The notes beneath the pieces were generated by a model. The model saw nothing but the letters and a program-made list of their open reading frames with translations. It searched no databases and was not told the origin of the DNA. The translations under genes were made by a program, and so were the position numbers. A stretch of 64,000 bases of DNA from Octopus bimaculoides (lineage: Eukaryota), in the NCBI RefSeq assembly GCF_001194135.2, contig NC_068993.1, positions 59,432,935-59,496,934 on the forward strand, written 5' to 3'. Shown here piece after piece: positions 1 through 11,468 of the stretch (position 1 is its first letter; every line of letters starts with the position of its first letter).

Positions 1-300
1 GTACATGGCTCGCACAGCTCTCACTAACCATTCTTCTATCCCAAGTTTCCTCATTGACCACCAGATAAGGGATCGGGGGACCCTGTCAAAGGCTTTCTCC
101 ATGTCAACGAAAGCCAGGTACAGAGGTTTATCCTTAGCTAGGTATTTCTCCTGCAACTGTCTCACTAGAAATAAGGCATCAGTAGTGCTTTTACCTGGCA
201 CGAACCCAAACTGCATCTCATCTAAATTGATTCGCTCCCTAATTAGTTGGGCTATGACCCTCTCTGTAACTTTCATAACCTGATCTAACAGCTTGATGCC
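1..300 (-). mobile_element. RTE-clade LINE ORF2 fragment (reverse transcriptase N-terminal part)
   Basis: Minus-strand translation contains ...LQEKYLAKDKPLYLAFVDMEKAFDRVPRSLIWSMRKLGIEEWLVRAV..., a typical RTE-type RT motif. The plus ORF 5..283 is its antisense shadow. Confidence 0.85.
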
Positions 301-849
301 TCTGTAATTATTTGTATGAAGATAAAATAAAATAAAATAATTGTCCAGCAACTAAAGATTTTAACTGACGACTAAAATACATTTTAAATAATTTAAAGTC
401 ATTCAAAGGTAATTAAAAGATATATATATATTTGAAATGGTCTTTTACTTCCCTCAACAGGTACAAGTTCATAATAAAGCCGTCTTCCACAGGTAAAATC
501 CAAATACATCCTGAAAAAAGTTGTCTCTTCTTGCAAAAACTTTCGAAAGTTCATTTAAGCACACCGCTCAAAAACAACACACACAAGTATCTATGGCCAT
601 TTCAGGAGTTCACTACTGTAGTTCAATTACACTAAGGTGCAATCCAGCAATGACCCCTTCATCAGGATAACATTGCATTCACATCGGGTTTATGAAAAGA
701 ATGTAACTACATTCTCTAAATATATATTTGTACTTATATACACATATGTGTGTATTTGCACATGCATTGACACATATACTCATGTGCACACACACAAACA
801 CACATATATGTATCATAAATTTACACATACTCATGCATTTATTTTGTAG

Positions 850-939
850 TACCAAATGTAAATCCAGAAAGGGGATCAGGTCCTGCGATTAATTCTAGTA
901 ACGAACAAGATGGAGAAGACAATCAACCATTAATTAGTA
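850..939 (+). CDS. Predicted 90-nt phase-1 coding exon of an unidentified gene (xPNVNPERGSGPAINSSNEQDGEDNQPLIS)
   Basis: attttgtAG acceptor, GTAAGT donor at 940, open frame, length a multiple of 3, paralogous to the 90-nt exon at 2001-2090. Confidence 0.7.
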
Positions 940-1119
940 GTAAGTATGGACCCATTTTAAGGCTTTCTCTGTGTTCAAAATGAGTGTACTGAAAGAATCC
1001 TTACCATATCTGACGATGTCTTCCAGGTTGACTGGATATAGGGATAACAAAGTCCATAAAGGAAACCAGTCGACAATATATTTTATATCATAAATATATA
1101 CATACATCTACGAGGTGTA

Positions 1120-1765
1120 GATGTGGAAGTGTTCAAAAACCACCTGGCTGTTCGTACACATGCGTCATACAGTCTACCTTATTCTCTGAGCGAGAGGCCT
1201 TTGTCACCAGCAGAGGTAGCAGCTACACTTTCAGATCATCCACCCCAGCTACTGACTTTTTCACGTAGGTTACAGAAGCTGTCAACTACTTTTAGTTTTT
1301 CTCCTTGGAATGTGATAGAAGTTGTTCTCTGCACATTTCCAGTGTTTATTGCTCCTGAGCATCTGCCACATACAAAAACTATCTTCCTAGTTAGCCTTCC
1401 TTTGATATTGCTGCACCTCTTATGTGTCCATAGCTTGCACAAGGTACATCTTATAGAGTTTCTACCTACGCCTTTTCTACAGATTGAGAAGGGATTTATG
1501 GTTTGTCTGCCTTCCTACTTATTAAGACTTTGGTTTTAGCTAGGTTGACTCTAAGGCCCTTCGATTCTAATCCTTGCTTCCACACCTGAAACTTTTCCTC
1601 TAGTTCTGATAGTGACTCAGCAATAAGAGCAAGGTCATCAGCATAGAGGAACCCCCAGGGGCATTCTGTCTTGAATTCCTGTTATTGCCTGGAGGACTAT
1701 AATAAATAGGAGGGGTATGAGGACTGAATCTTGGTGGACCCCTATGGCCTCTTAGGCCATAGGCC
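1120..1765 (-). mobile_element. Degraded RTE LINE ORF2 fragment (RT C-terminal half)
   Basis: Minus strand reads GVHQDSVLIPLLFIIVLQAI, then a frameshifted YADD region, then CRCSGAINT...GEKLKVVDSFC...SSWGG and RLYDACVRTA. The last motif matches the RTE copy at 48.5 kb. Confidence 0.85.
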
Positions 1766-1926
1766 AACATGTCTTATGGTATGATGATATGGCTTAAAGA
1801 TATACTTTATGGTGAGAAACCCCAGGTAACCCTATAAACAGGCCTTCACCAGTTTTAAATATAGGCTGCTCTACATCTTAGAGTCTGCTTCTTCTCCCTT
1901 TTTATGTTTTTCTTTAAAAAAAATTT

Positions 1927-1969
<43 letters not shown>

Positions 1970-2000
1970 ATATATAATTTCATATATAATAATTTGATAG

Positions 2001-2090
2001 TGACAAGTGGAATTGAAGAATTAGGAACAAATTCTGATGTTAATTCTGGAGATGAAGCAGAAACAATCCTCAATCGACCATTAGATGCCT
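2001..2090 (+). CDS. Predicted 90-nt phase-1 coding exon (xTSGIEELGTNSDVNSGDEAETILNRPLDA)
   Basis: tttgatAG acceptor (weak pyrimidine tract), GTAAGT donor at 2091, open frame, aligns with exon 850-939 (E, G, NS, E and N-x-PL conserved). Confidence 0.65.
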
Positions 2091-2217
2091 GTAAGTATGA
2101 GTCAATTTCAATATCTCTCTCTATCTTCAAAGTGAATGTGCTGAAAGGGTGCTTTTAGTATTTCACAGATGTTGTAGACTGACAGGTCGTATGGGTAGCT
2201 GTGCTCAAATACTTTTA

Positions 2218-2251
<34 letters not shown>

Positions 2252-2514
2252 NNNNNNNNNNNNNNNNNNNNNNNNNNNNNNNNNNNNNNNNNNNNNNNNN
2301 NNNNNNNNNNNNNNNNNNNNNNNNNNNNNNNNNNNNNNNNNNNNNNNNNNNNNNNNNNNNNNNNNNNNNNNNNNNNNNNNNNNNNNNNNNNNNNNNNNNN
2401 NNNNNNNNNNNNNNNNNNNNNNNNNNNNNNNNNNNNNNNNNNNNNNNNNNNNNNNNNNNNNNNNNNNNNNNNNNNNNNNNNNNNNNNNNNNNNNNNNNNN
2501 NNNNNNNNNNNNNN

Positions 2515-2726
2515 CCGCCTGACTGGCCTTCGTGAGGGTGACACGTAAAAGCACCTACTATACTCTCTGAGTGGTTGGCGTTAGGAAGGGCATCCAGTTG
2601 TAGAAACTCTGCCCAATTTAGATTGGAGCCTGGTGTTGCCATCCGGTTTCACCAGTCCTCAGTCAAATCGTCCAACCCATGCTAGCATGGAAAGCGGACG
2701 TTTAACGATGATGATGATGATGATGA

Positions 2727-2727
<1 letters not shown>
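2515..2727 (+). mobile_element. SINE/LINE 3' tail family (…gagtggttggcgttaggaagggcatccag…aaacgatgatgat), 5' end in N gap
   Basis: Same sequence at 10232-10385 (+), 11585-11786 (+), 37000-37275 (-), 38870-39015 (+), 46585-47000 (-), 49562-49895 (-), 54716-55140 (-). Ends in a (GAT)n tail. Confidence 0.8.
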
Positions 2728-2766
<39 letters not shown>

Positions 2767-2951
2767 CAATAAGAAAATGAAGGGGAATAGGTGGTTTTCA
2801 TCAACTTGCAGACATTGTATTGTGTCAGTTTACCTGTTTATTTATTAACTAAGAGGACAATAACAATATACAAACACATGTGGCATATTATGTCATATCA
2901 GTAATTAAAAAAAGACATCTAGTGACCTAAAATGGGACAATGACTTACAGC

Positions 2952-3331
2952 TGTTTCAGTCTAGGGGTGACATGCCTCAATTCTGTCCGTATAACTCCAG
3001 TAGGCTGAAGTAATTGATAGATGAAATGGATGAAATAGAGGTACATGGATGATTCTCTTGGCCTCTTCAGAGATTTTATAAAGTTCATGAAGTTAATTTA
3101 AAATATCCAAATATAAACATATAAAAACCATAATATATATGTGAGTTTTTACGATTTTTTATATGTTTATATTTGGATATTTTAAATTAACTTCATGAAC
3201 TTTATAAAATCTCTGAAGAGGCCAAGAGAATCATCCATGTACCTCTATTTCTTCCATTTCATCTATCAATAACTTCAGCCTACTGGAGTTATACGGACAG
3301 AATTGAGGCATGTCACCTCTAGACTGAAACA
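2952..3331. repeat. Near-perfect long inverted repeat / foldback (MITE-like), arms about 175 bp, loop about 30 nt
   Basis: tgtttcagtctaggggtgacatgcctcaattctg…aaacatataaaa is mirrored by atatgttt…cagaattgaggcatgtcacctctagactgaaaca with few mismatches. Confidence 0.9.
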
Positions 3332-3566
3332 TGCTAATAGTGTCTCCCCTCTCTAAGAATGGGACATGGTTCTGAGTGTATATTATCAGATACTATTTAT
3401 TTAGTAAATTATTGTATGCATACATAGACTCCTAGACATCTGTACACATATTTATATATACATTTACACAGACACACACAGACACACACACACACACACT
3501 TCAATATACTGTCGCACATTATATTTTCATTTCCTTACAATATTTTGTTTTGTTTTGGTTTTACAG

Positions 3567-3593
3567 ATGCTGCTGGAAACACTCCTATAAATG
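3567..3593 (+). CDS. Predicted 27-nt phase-1 microexon (xAAGNTPIN)
   Basis: Strong tttggttttacAG acceptor and GTATGA donor; paralogue at 6422-6448. Confidence 0.7.
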
Positions 3594-3727
3594 GTATGAT
3601 TTTCTTTTTACTATTATAACGCTTTCCAATGTTCTCTTTGTTGTTGGTTGTCTGTGAGTCAGCCTATATCAAGTAGGTTCATGGTCAAAGACACTGAAAC
3701 TTTTGCATATTGTATTTTCAGAAATTC

Positions 3728-4110
3728 AGGAGTGGCTCTGTGGTAAGTAGCTTGCTTATGAACCACATGGTTCCGGGTTCAGTCCCACTGCGTGGCACTT
3801 TGGGCAAGTGTCTTCTACTATAGCCTTGGGCCGACCAAAACCTTGTGAGTGGATTTGGTAGACGGAAACTGAAAGAAGCCCATTGTATATATGAATATAT
3901 ATATGTGTGTTTGTGTTTGTCCCCCAACATCGCTTGACAACCGATACTGGTGTGTTTACGTCCCCGTAACTTAGTGGTTTGGCAAAAGAGATCGATAGAA
4001 TAAGTACTAGGCTTACAAAGAATAAGTCCTGGGGCCGATTTGCTCGACTAAAGGCAGTGCTCCAGCATGGCCGCAGTCAAATGACTGAAACAAGTAAATG
4101 AGTAAAGAGA
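3728..4110 (+). mobile_element. tRNA-head SINE (ggagtggctgtgtggtaag family)
   Basis: A-box/B-box-like head (tggtaagtag…ggttcagtccc), internal TA/TG microsatellite, tail aaacaagtaaaagag. Other copies at 4215-4581, 11058-11468, 42437-42730, 63085-63336. Confidence 0.85.
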
Positions 4111-4214
4111 ATTATTTTGGGATCTAATGCTTTGTCTCATTTTCTTTTAGGGATATTTGGTTACTATTTCTAGCAAGTTGAATGACTGTATAAAGACTTC
4201 TTTAGTGACACATA

Positions 4215-4581
4215 CTCTTTTACTTGTTTCAGTCATTTGACTGTGGCCATGCTGAAGCACCGCCTTTAGTCGAGAAAATCGACCCCAGGACTTATTCTTT
4301 GTAAGCCTAGTACTTATTCTATCGGTCTCATTTGCCGAACCGCTAAGTTGACTCATTTTTGACAAACACAGACACACAAACAGATACACACACATACATA
4401 TATATAAATACATATATACGACGGACTTCTTTCAGTTTCCGTCTACCAAATCCACTCACAAGGCTTTGGTCGTCCCAAGGCTATAGTAGAAGACACTTGG
4501 CCAAGGTGCCACGCAGTGGGACTGAACCCGGAACCATTTGGTTGGTAAGCAAGCTACTTACCACATGGCCACTCCTACGCC
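4215..4581 (-). mobile_element. tRNA-head SINE, inverted relative to the copy at 3728-4110
   Basis: Reverse complement of the neighbouring copy, about 100 nt away. Confidence 0.85.
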
Positions 4582-5269
4582 TACATATCCAGAATTTATG
4601 TTATATTCCAGCTTTTGTGATGGCAATGGTTTAAGGATTAAATTCTAGCTTTTATTAAATTTACCTGAACTTCAATATGGAAACTAAATTTTTAAATTTA
4701 TATAGATATATTTAATCATCTTAGACATTGATTACCCTGGACTACAATGTCCAATGTGATGTCTTCTTTCTTTTAGGATGGTAATTGAACAAATGAACTG
4801 TTTTACTTCATACTTATCTAGGAGGGAACAAGGCAGGCATTTTGTAGTTGACCGACCTGCTAAAAATAGCAGTGAAATATGTTGGATATTACATTCAGTT
4901 GTCTTAGGACAAATCAGATATGTAGGTAGATGTTTTCAAAGACAAGATCTTTAATCATAGGTCTACTCAACCAGGTTTTATGTGGAATTAAACATTAACC
5001 ATATTTATCTACTTCAAATCTCAGGGATATTTGTCTTCTCACTTTAAATATCATTTGAAATATATTTTCATTACTCTGAAATTCTGAAATTACTATCTTT
5101 TTTTGCATTTCTGCCTTATTTTCTTTTTTATTTATAAGTGTTCCACCTTCCCCTTGTAAGTTACAAAATTTACTCCTAAATAATATATTACACATAGATT
5201 GTCATTATGTCTTCTTTTCATCTTTATATGTCGGCCACAGCCTATCAACACAGACCACATTATTTGGGT

Positions 5270-5425
5270 CTGGATCACATTCTTCAGATGTGAACTGCAC
5301 TCTTCCAATGTGGTGGGTCACAATCTCTCAGATGTAGATTGCAGTCTTTAGATGTGGATCACAAGCCTCAAGTGTAGATCATAGTTGCTGCATGTAGATC
5401 AGTCTTTAAATGTGAATCACAGTCT
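5270..5425. repeat. Degenerate ~21-nt minisatellite (gatgtggatcacagtctttag)
   Basis: Tandem degenerate copies; a longer paralogous array lies at 7410-7780. Confidence 0.75.
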
Positions 5426-6098
5426 TTATATTCCCTTTTCCTTCTGTTCTTTGTAATTTGTTATTTTTCTTTTATTTCCACTATTCATACAATTTTTTTT
5501 TTAGCTTAACTTGCTTGTATACATAACACTGTTAGAAAATTTTTATTTTTCTTCTGTCTTTGCTCATTAAGTGTTATTTCCTTTTTGCTTCTATCTAAAA
5601 ATCAAATGAAATGGACTACTTTTCCCTTCGAACTTTGCTTTTGTGACCTGGACATCAATGGTTTGAAACTGACCTTTTTTTCCATTACATTTCAGACAGA
5701 TTCAGCACTGAGTTGCTGAAGCAGAAATATCATTATAGCAAATATTCTCTTCAAAACCAATGACTGACTTGTCAGTTGCTTGACTTTAACCACTTTAGCA
5801 TGTCCTTTTGTGACTGACAAAATGTACATCTCTGATCATGAGCAGAAATAGTGGTGGGAGCATCATAGCCATGTGTTGGGAGGGATTCTTTGGGGTTTGA
5901 ATAAAAATAACAAAAGTAAAGTTTGACAGAAATATTAGCCATATTTCATAATTTTTAGGGGTAGACAAATAAGAAATAACAGTTGCTACCCAAGGGCAAA
6001 AATTGTCTTACACATTGTAATGCATTCTTGTTTCCATGTGTGCAGGTGTTGTTATCAATTGCAAATCTAATTAATTTTTTTGCTTTTATTTTTTTTAG

Positions 6099-6113
6099 AT
6101 GAAAACAATTTGT
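6099..6113 (+). CDS. Predicted 15-nt phase-1 microexon (xENNL)
   Basis: Long T tract plus tAG acceptor, GTAAGT donor at 6114; preserves frame with neighbouring exons. Confidence 0.6.
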
Positions 6114-6421
6114 GTAAGTTTCAATTTATTCCATTAAGTGTTTATGCATGTTATGTGGTGTGACTGCGTACATTGCGATTGTGTATGTATTTGTGTTGTC
6201 AGTATTATATATTTGTTGTACTTGTGCATTGTGACAATATGTATTTGTGTGGTTTGCATATATATCGCTAGCCTCTGCACATTCTTTTTTTTCTCTCCTT
6301 GTTTCTTTCTGTGTTCCTTTCTGTGGAAGAGCGTAGGCTCGAAACGTTAAAGACTTTTTCAATTCCCGAGCATTATACATATGTATATTTTCGTTTTCTA
6401 ATGATTTTTTTGTTTTTTCAG

Positions 6422-6448
6422 ATGATGAGGGCAACACTCCTTTATCTG
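6422..6448 (+). CDS. Predicted 27-nt phase-1 microexon (xDEGNTPLS)
   Basis: ttgttttttcAG acceptor, GTATGA donor; exon and downstream intron are paralogous to 3567 onward. Confidence 0.7.
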
Positions 6449-7409
6449 GTATGAATTTATTTTATTATTATCGTCCCTTTTTAATGTTCTCTTTGTTGTT
6501 GTTTTGTTGCAGGTCTGCTCTAATCAAATAGATTTATGGTTAAAAGCATGTCATTCATATTATATTATCAGACTATTTATTTAGGAAACATGTCTGTCAT
6601 TACTTCTTTTTTAGATGGTGGTGTATTATTATAGAGAGATTTAATTACTATTTCTAGCAAGTTGGGTGACTGTGTAAAGCATCTTTAGTGACACTTCAGC
6701 TTTTATTGTGAATAGTAATGATTTAAGGATTAAATTTTGGCTTTCTTTCATTAAATTTTCCTGAACTTCAGTATGAAAACTAGGTTTTAAAATTTATATA
6801 GACACATTTAATCATCTTAGACAATGGATACCTTGGACTACAATGTTCAATGTGTCTTCTCTCTTTTTAAGATGGTAGGGCAGGATTAAGCTGGTCTACA
6901 ATTTATGTGACAACCCGACAAGTTTTCAAATATATTAGTTTTCACTTAGTCTGAAGGAATGAACTGTGTTTTACTTCGTATTTACCTAGGAGGGAACAAA
7001 GCAGGCATTTTGTGGTTGACTGACCTGCTAAAAGTAGCAGCAGAATTTGCTGCACATTACATTCAGTTGTCTTAGAAAAAGGACAGAATGGATAATGTAG
7101 AACAGAAGTTTACAAAGAGAAAGTACTTGATCACAGGTCTACTCAGCCAATTAAACATATTTATTTGAAATGTCTGATATTTATATTCCTCTTGTATACC
7201 ATTTGTAAAACATATTTTCATTACTCTTCTGAATATTCTGGAATTACTATTTTACTTTGTATTTCTATTTTATTTTATTCAGATAATCTATTTAATTTCT
7301 TTCTTTATTTTCAGTTCCATTATTTTCTCCAGATTCACTCCGTAAGTGACAAAATTTATTCCTATATAATAAATTACATATAGATGTTCACTATGTATTA
7401 TAATCAGTT

Positions 7410-7780
7410 TTAGATGTGACTCACAATCTTTCAACACACATCGCATTATTAGGGTCTGAATCACATTTTTCATATGGAGATCGCATTCTTCCAATCTGAA
7501 TTGCAGTCTTTAGATGTGAATCACAAGCTTCACATGTAGATCATAGTTGCTGCATGTGGATCAGTCCTTAGATGTGGATCACAGTCTTTACGTGTGGATT
7601 TTAGTCTTCACATGCAAATCACATTATTGAGATGGGGATTACATCATTCAGGCATGTGTGACATTATCCAACTCCATATATCACAGTTTTTACATATGGA
7701 TTGCAGTTGTTAGATGCAAATCATTGTATTTTGATCTGGATTCATTTCTTCAGATACATATCACAGTCTTTAGATGTAGA
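7410..7780. repeat. Degenerate ~21-nt minisatellite array
   Basis: Repeated gatgtg(g/a)atcacagtcttta units. Confidence 0.75.
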
Positions 7781-7800
7781 TGACATGTGGAGCACACTTA

Positions 7801-8470
7801 TTAGACACAGATTACATTAGTGAGATGTGTATCAAGTATGGATTGGAAGGTCGCCTCATCGCTAAAATCAAGCCGATCATCAAATCCGTCATCTTCCAAC
7901 TTTTCTTGCATTGCAATGCAAAAGTCACAGCAAGCTGGTTTATCAGTGTCCTGCAACTGTTGGACTAACTGTAGCTTGTAAGGTGTCATCCGCAGTCGTC
8001 TTTTTAAGATACGCCAAACTGTTGTTGTAGGAAGCTGAAGTTCCCTACTGGCTCTTCTGATCGATTTACGGGGGCTCTGCTCGAAGACAGTTTGAATTCG
8101 CTCAACTGTATCATCTGAAGTTGAGGGGCATCCCGTTCTCTTAGCTGGGTACAAACACCCATCCTTCATGAATTTACCATTCCATCTCAATATGGACTTC
8201 CTATCTGGTGCCTCTTTTCGGAATTTTGTGCAAAATGCACGTTGAACAAGTGTCCATGATTCAGTTTTTGCAAATTCAAGGACGCAAAACTCCTCTTCTG
8301 GTTGAGTGAACGCCATTACTGGATCTGAAAAAAATATGAAAAAATCATTAGCATTACAAAAAAACTTAATGAATTTAGCTTTAAAATGGTATCACTTCCA
8401 TCTTACTACCAATCATAGTCCAGCAGATATGTGGACTTGAAATGTGCCCAAGACTTCTGGAACACTGTAT
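7801..8470 (-). mobile_element. Tc1/mariner-superfamily transposon remnant (N-terminal HTH to first catalytic Asp, FSDEATF), 3' truncated
   Basis: ORF 7801..8316 has HTH motifs (…RKSIRRASRELQLPTTTVWRILKRRLRMTPYKLQLVQQL…FSDEATF). A TA-CAGTGTTCC-type terminus lies at about 8468 on the minus strand. Confidence 0.85.
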
Positions 8471-8817
8471 TATAAAAAGAATGATATTTTATATAATGTG
8501 GTCCTAGATACAACTTTAATGAAAGCAAAATAGTTGGAACAGTTTTGATGATATCCCTCCTAGTTTAGGGGTGACTTGGTTAAGCAAGATGATCCAAGGT
8601 CACAAAGTTTCTCAAATAATGATCATTCAGTTGAAAAATATGTATTGTCAGCAATTTAGAAGCTTCACCCAAATTATTCTACAGCAATATTAAATATGTT
8701 TTAAACCGCTATATATAATTATTCATGGATAGAATGAATTCTGTCTACTGCCCGTTATTGTAAATGAGTATTTATATTTTATTTCTCATTTCTTCTTTTT
8801 TTTTTCCTTTTTTACAG

Positions 8818-8830
8818 AAAACCTACACCA
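8818..8830 (+). CDS. Predicted 13-nt microexon (phase 1 to 2; xNLH)
   Basis: Very strong pyrimidine tract plus tacAG acceptor, GTAAGT donor at 8831. Confidence 0.5.
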
Positions 8831-9354
8831 GTAAGTTGTTAATTTTATCATATCTCTCTCTCTCTCTCCCCCTCTCTCTCTCTCTCCCTCTCTCTCTGGA
8901 ATAGTCTTCTTAACTATCTTGTATAAATTATTAATCCTCACTATGCTGGTGAAATTTTTACTAGTAATGTAACGTACTAACCATATGCAAATCAGTTCTC
9001 AGAATCTTTTTCTATTGGTCAGTGAAAATAAAATGTAAATGCTACATCATGTGAAATCTTGAGGATTTTAGAAAGTATTCCCACTATCAAAAATGAGTCA
9101 ACTTGGTTCCTAGGTGTACAACTAAATATTCTCAGTTCCCACTCTGTAACGTTTTATTATGTCATGTGATGTTACTATGATCTTTTTTGTTTCATACCAC
9201 CACAGAGTCAGGGCATTTGTGACAGGTGAAAGGAAGGAAATAGATATATAATAGTAATACTCATTATCTGGGTGATGATTTGCTGGACAAGTGACCATGC
9301 TTGAGAAGACCCGACAAGCCAAGTGAAACCACAGTCATGGTTGATGCCAGTACC

Positions 9355-9590
9355 GTGTTTGTTGGCACTCCGTCACTTACGACGTCGAGGGTTCCAGTTG
9401 ATCTGATCAATGGAACAGCCTGCTTGTGAAATTAACATGCAAGTGGCTGAGCACTCCACAGACACGTGTACCCTTAACGTAGTTCTCGGGGATATTCAGC
9501 GTGACACAGTGTGACAAGGCTGACCCTTTGAAATACAGGTACAACAGAAACAGGAAGAAAGAGTGAGAGAAAGTTGTGGTGAAAGAGTAG
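9355..9590 (-). mobile_element. SINE (family with head ggcgcaatggcccagtggttagggcag), 5' truncated
   Basis: Reverse complement of the 3' part of the copy at 25688-26036; a third copy is at 50104-50357. Confidence 0.8.
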
Positions 9591-9937
9591 AGCAGGTGTA
9601 TATACACATACATGTATGTATGTAAATACTACACATTTATACACATACACTGAAAATCAAACATATCCACACATAAGCATCCACATACTTCCACGTGAAG
9701 GTTCATAGCTTAGTAGATAGTGTATTTGGCTCATGATTTTAAGGGAGTGGTACCAAAATATTTCCTCAAAAATTAATTTCATCTTTAAATCCAAACTTTG
9801 TCTTATATCTTGTTTCAGCCACTGGGTTGTGGTCATGCTAGAGCACTGCTTTGAAGAGGTCTTTTTTCTGTTTTGTTTTGTTTTGTTTTTATTGTTATGA
9901 ATTTATATCAATTTTCTTTTTTCATTTTCTTTTACAG

Positions 9938-9956
9938 AATCGAAAACAACCATTAA
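9938..9956 (+). CDS. Predicted terminal coding exon segment (xIENNH-stop), AATAAA at 10031-10036
   Basis: Strong ttttcttttacAG acceptor at 9937. TAA at 9954-9956 is in frame after the 13-nt exon, and a polyA signal follows. Confidence 0.45.
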
Positions 9957-11057
9957 ACCAATGCAAAGTCCATTTTTTTCAATTTAGCTCAAATGTAAAC
10001 ATGAAGTGCCTGCTCTACATGATGATCTTCAATAAACACTGAAAAACAAAGTCGGCTGTGATAATCTTTCTACTAGTGACTTGTTGGGACTCATTATTTC
10101 GTTATGAAACTATAACAAAGACAGTTCTGTGTTCTATTGTGTTAGCAGTGCTATTACATCATTTGTTAAGGTTATCTATACAGATATTCGATAGAAATTA
10201 TAACCAGCACTGATTTTGTTACAACATCTCTACACTCTCGGAGTGGTTGGCATTAGGAAGGGCATCCAGCTGTAGAAACTCTGCCAAATCAGATTGGAGC
10301 CTGGTGTAGCCATCTGGTTCACCAGTCCTCAGTCAAATCGTCCAACCCATGCTAGCATGGAAAGCAGACGTTAAACGATGATGATTTTGTTGCAATATTT
10401 CTTGTTTACATCTCATGTCCCAGATACAAAACATTGTAACAAAAATAAGTGTTGGCTATAATTTCTATGGAATGTCTGTAGAGATAACCTTCAAAGAAAA
10501 ATCCTTCTATTGTTTTAAACTTTTTTATGAATGTAATGACACCTTGTTAAAACATATTCTATTTATTTTAGACACATTGTTGCTGATACATTGTCCCACC
10601 CATTATACATTATACATACACTGTGTGGACCAAACTCCTAAACTAGCCTCTGTCCTTTCAGAACTTTCCAAAATCTCTCTCTCTCTCTCTCTCAATCTTT
10701 AGAATGTAGTATGTACCATTCTCAAGAAAAGCAATCTCCCCATCACTACCACTCATCTACCCTTTTTAACATCTCAAAAGTGATGGGAATATTATTGCTA
10801 TCAGATCTTACCAAACCATTCCAACCAATGACAGCATGGAAGATGCATGTCTTAAATGATGATGATGATGATTCATATGTTTTCCTCTAAGCAAGCACCA
10901 GCCCACAGCCTCAAGGCATTGGACTGAAGGAAATTGAAACTGCAGTTGTAACATTAATATTATTTCTCTAACTCTACACAAGAACCTGCAGCCTCCAGGC
11001 ATGCAATCCGAAAGATCTTTTTCTTTCCAGAAGCTGGAAATATTCATATATACAAAT

Positions 11058-11229
11058 AGGCGTAGGAGTGGCTGTGTGGTAAGTAGCTAGCTTACCAACC
11101 ACATGGTCCCGGGTTCAGTCCCACTACGTGGCATCTTGGGCAAGTGTCTTCTACTACAGCCTCGGGCCGACCAAAGCCTTGTGAGTGGATTTGGTAGACG
11201 GAAACTGAAAGAAGCCCGTCGTATATATG

Positions 11230-11260
<31 letters not shown>

Positions 11261-11468
11261 ATGTTTGTATGTGTGTGTTTTTCCCCCCAACATCGCTTGA
11301 CAACCAATGCTGGTGTGTTTATGTCCCCGTAACTTAGCGGTTTGGCAAAAGAGACCGATAGAATAAGTACTAGGCTTCTAAAGAATAAGTCCTGAGGTCG
11401 ATTTGCTCGACTAAAAGGCGGTGCTCCAGCATGGCCACAGTCAAAAGACTGAAACAAGTAAAAGAGTA
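11058..11468 (+). mobile_element. tRNA-head SINE, full length
   Basis: Matches 3728-4110 over its whole length. Confidence 0.85.

Noticed and set aside
3567-6448. GNTPL microexons as ankyrin repeats
   Set aside because: Only the G-x-TP motif matches; the LHxA helix and 33-aa periodicity are absent.
5270-7780. 21-nt repeat arrays as CRISPR-like
   Set aside because: Degenerate tandem units with no unique spacers, in eukaryotic intronic context.
11087-11457. ORFs within SINE copies (also 3718..3930, 4147..4634, 42419..42772, 54740..55156)
   Set aside because: Recurrent translations of the same non-coding repeats.
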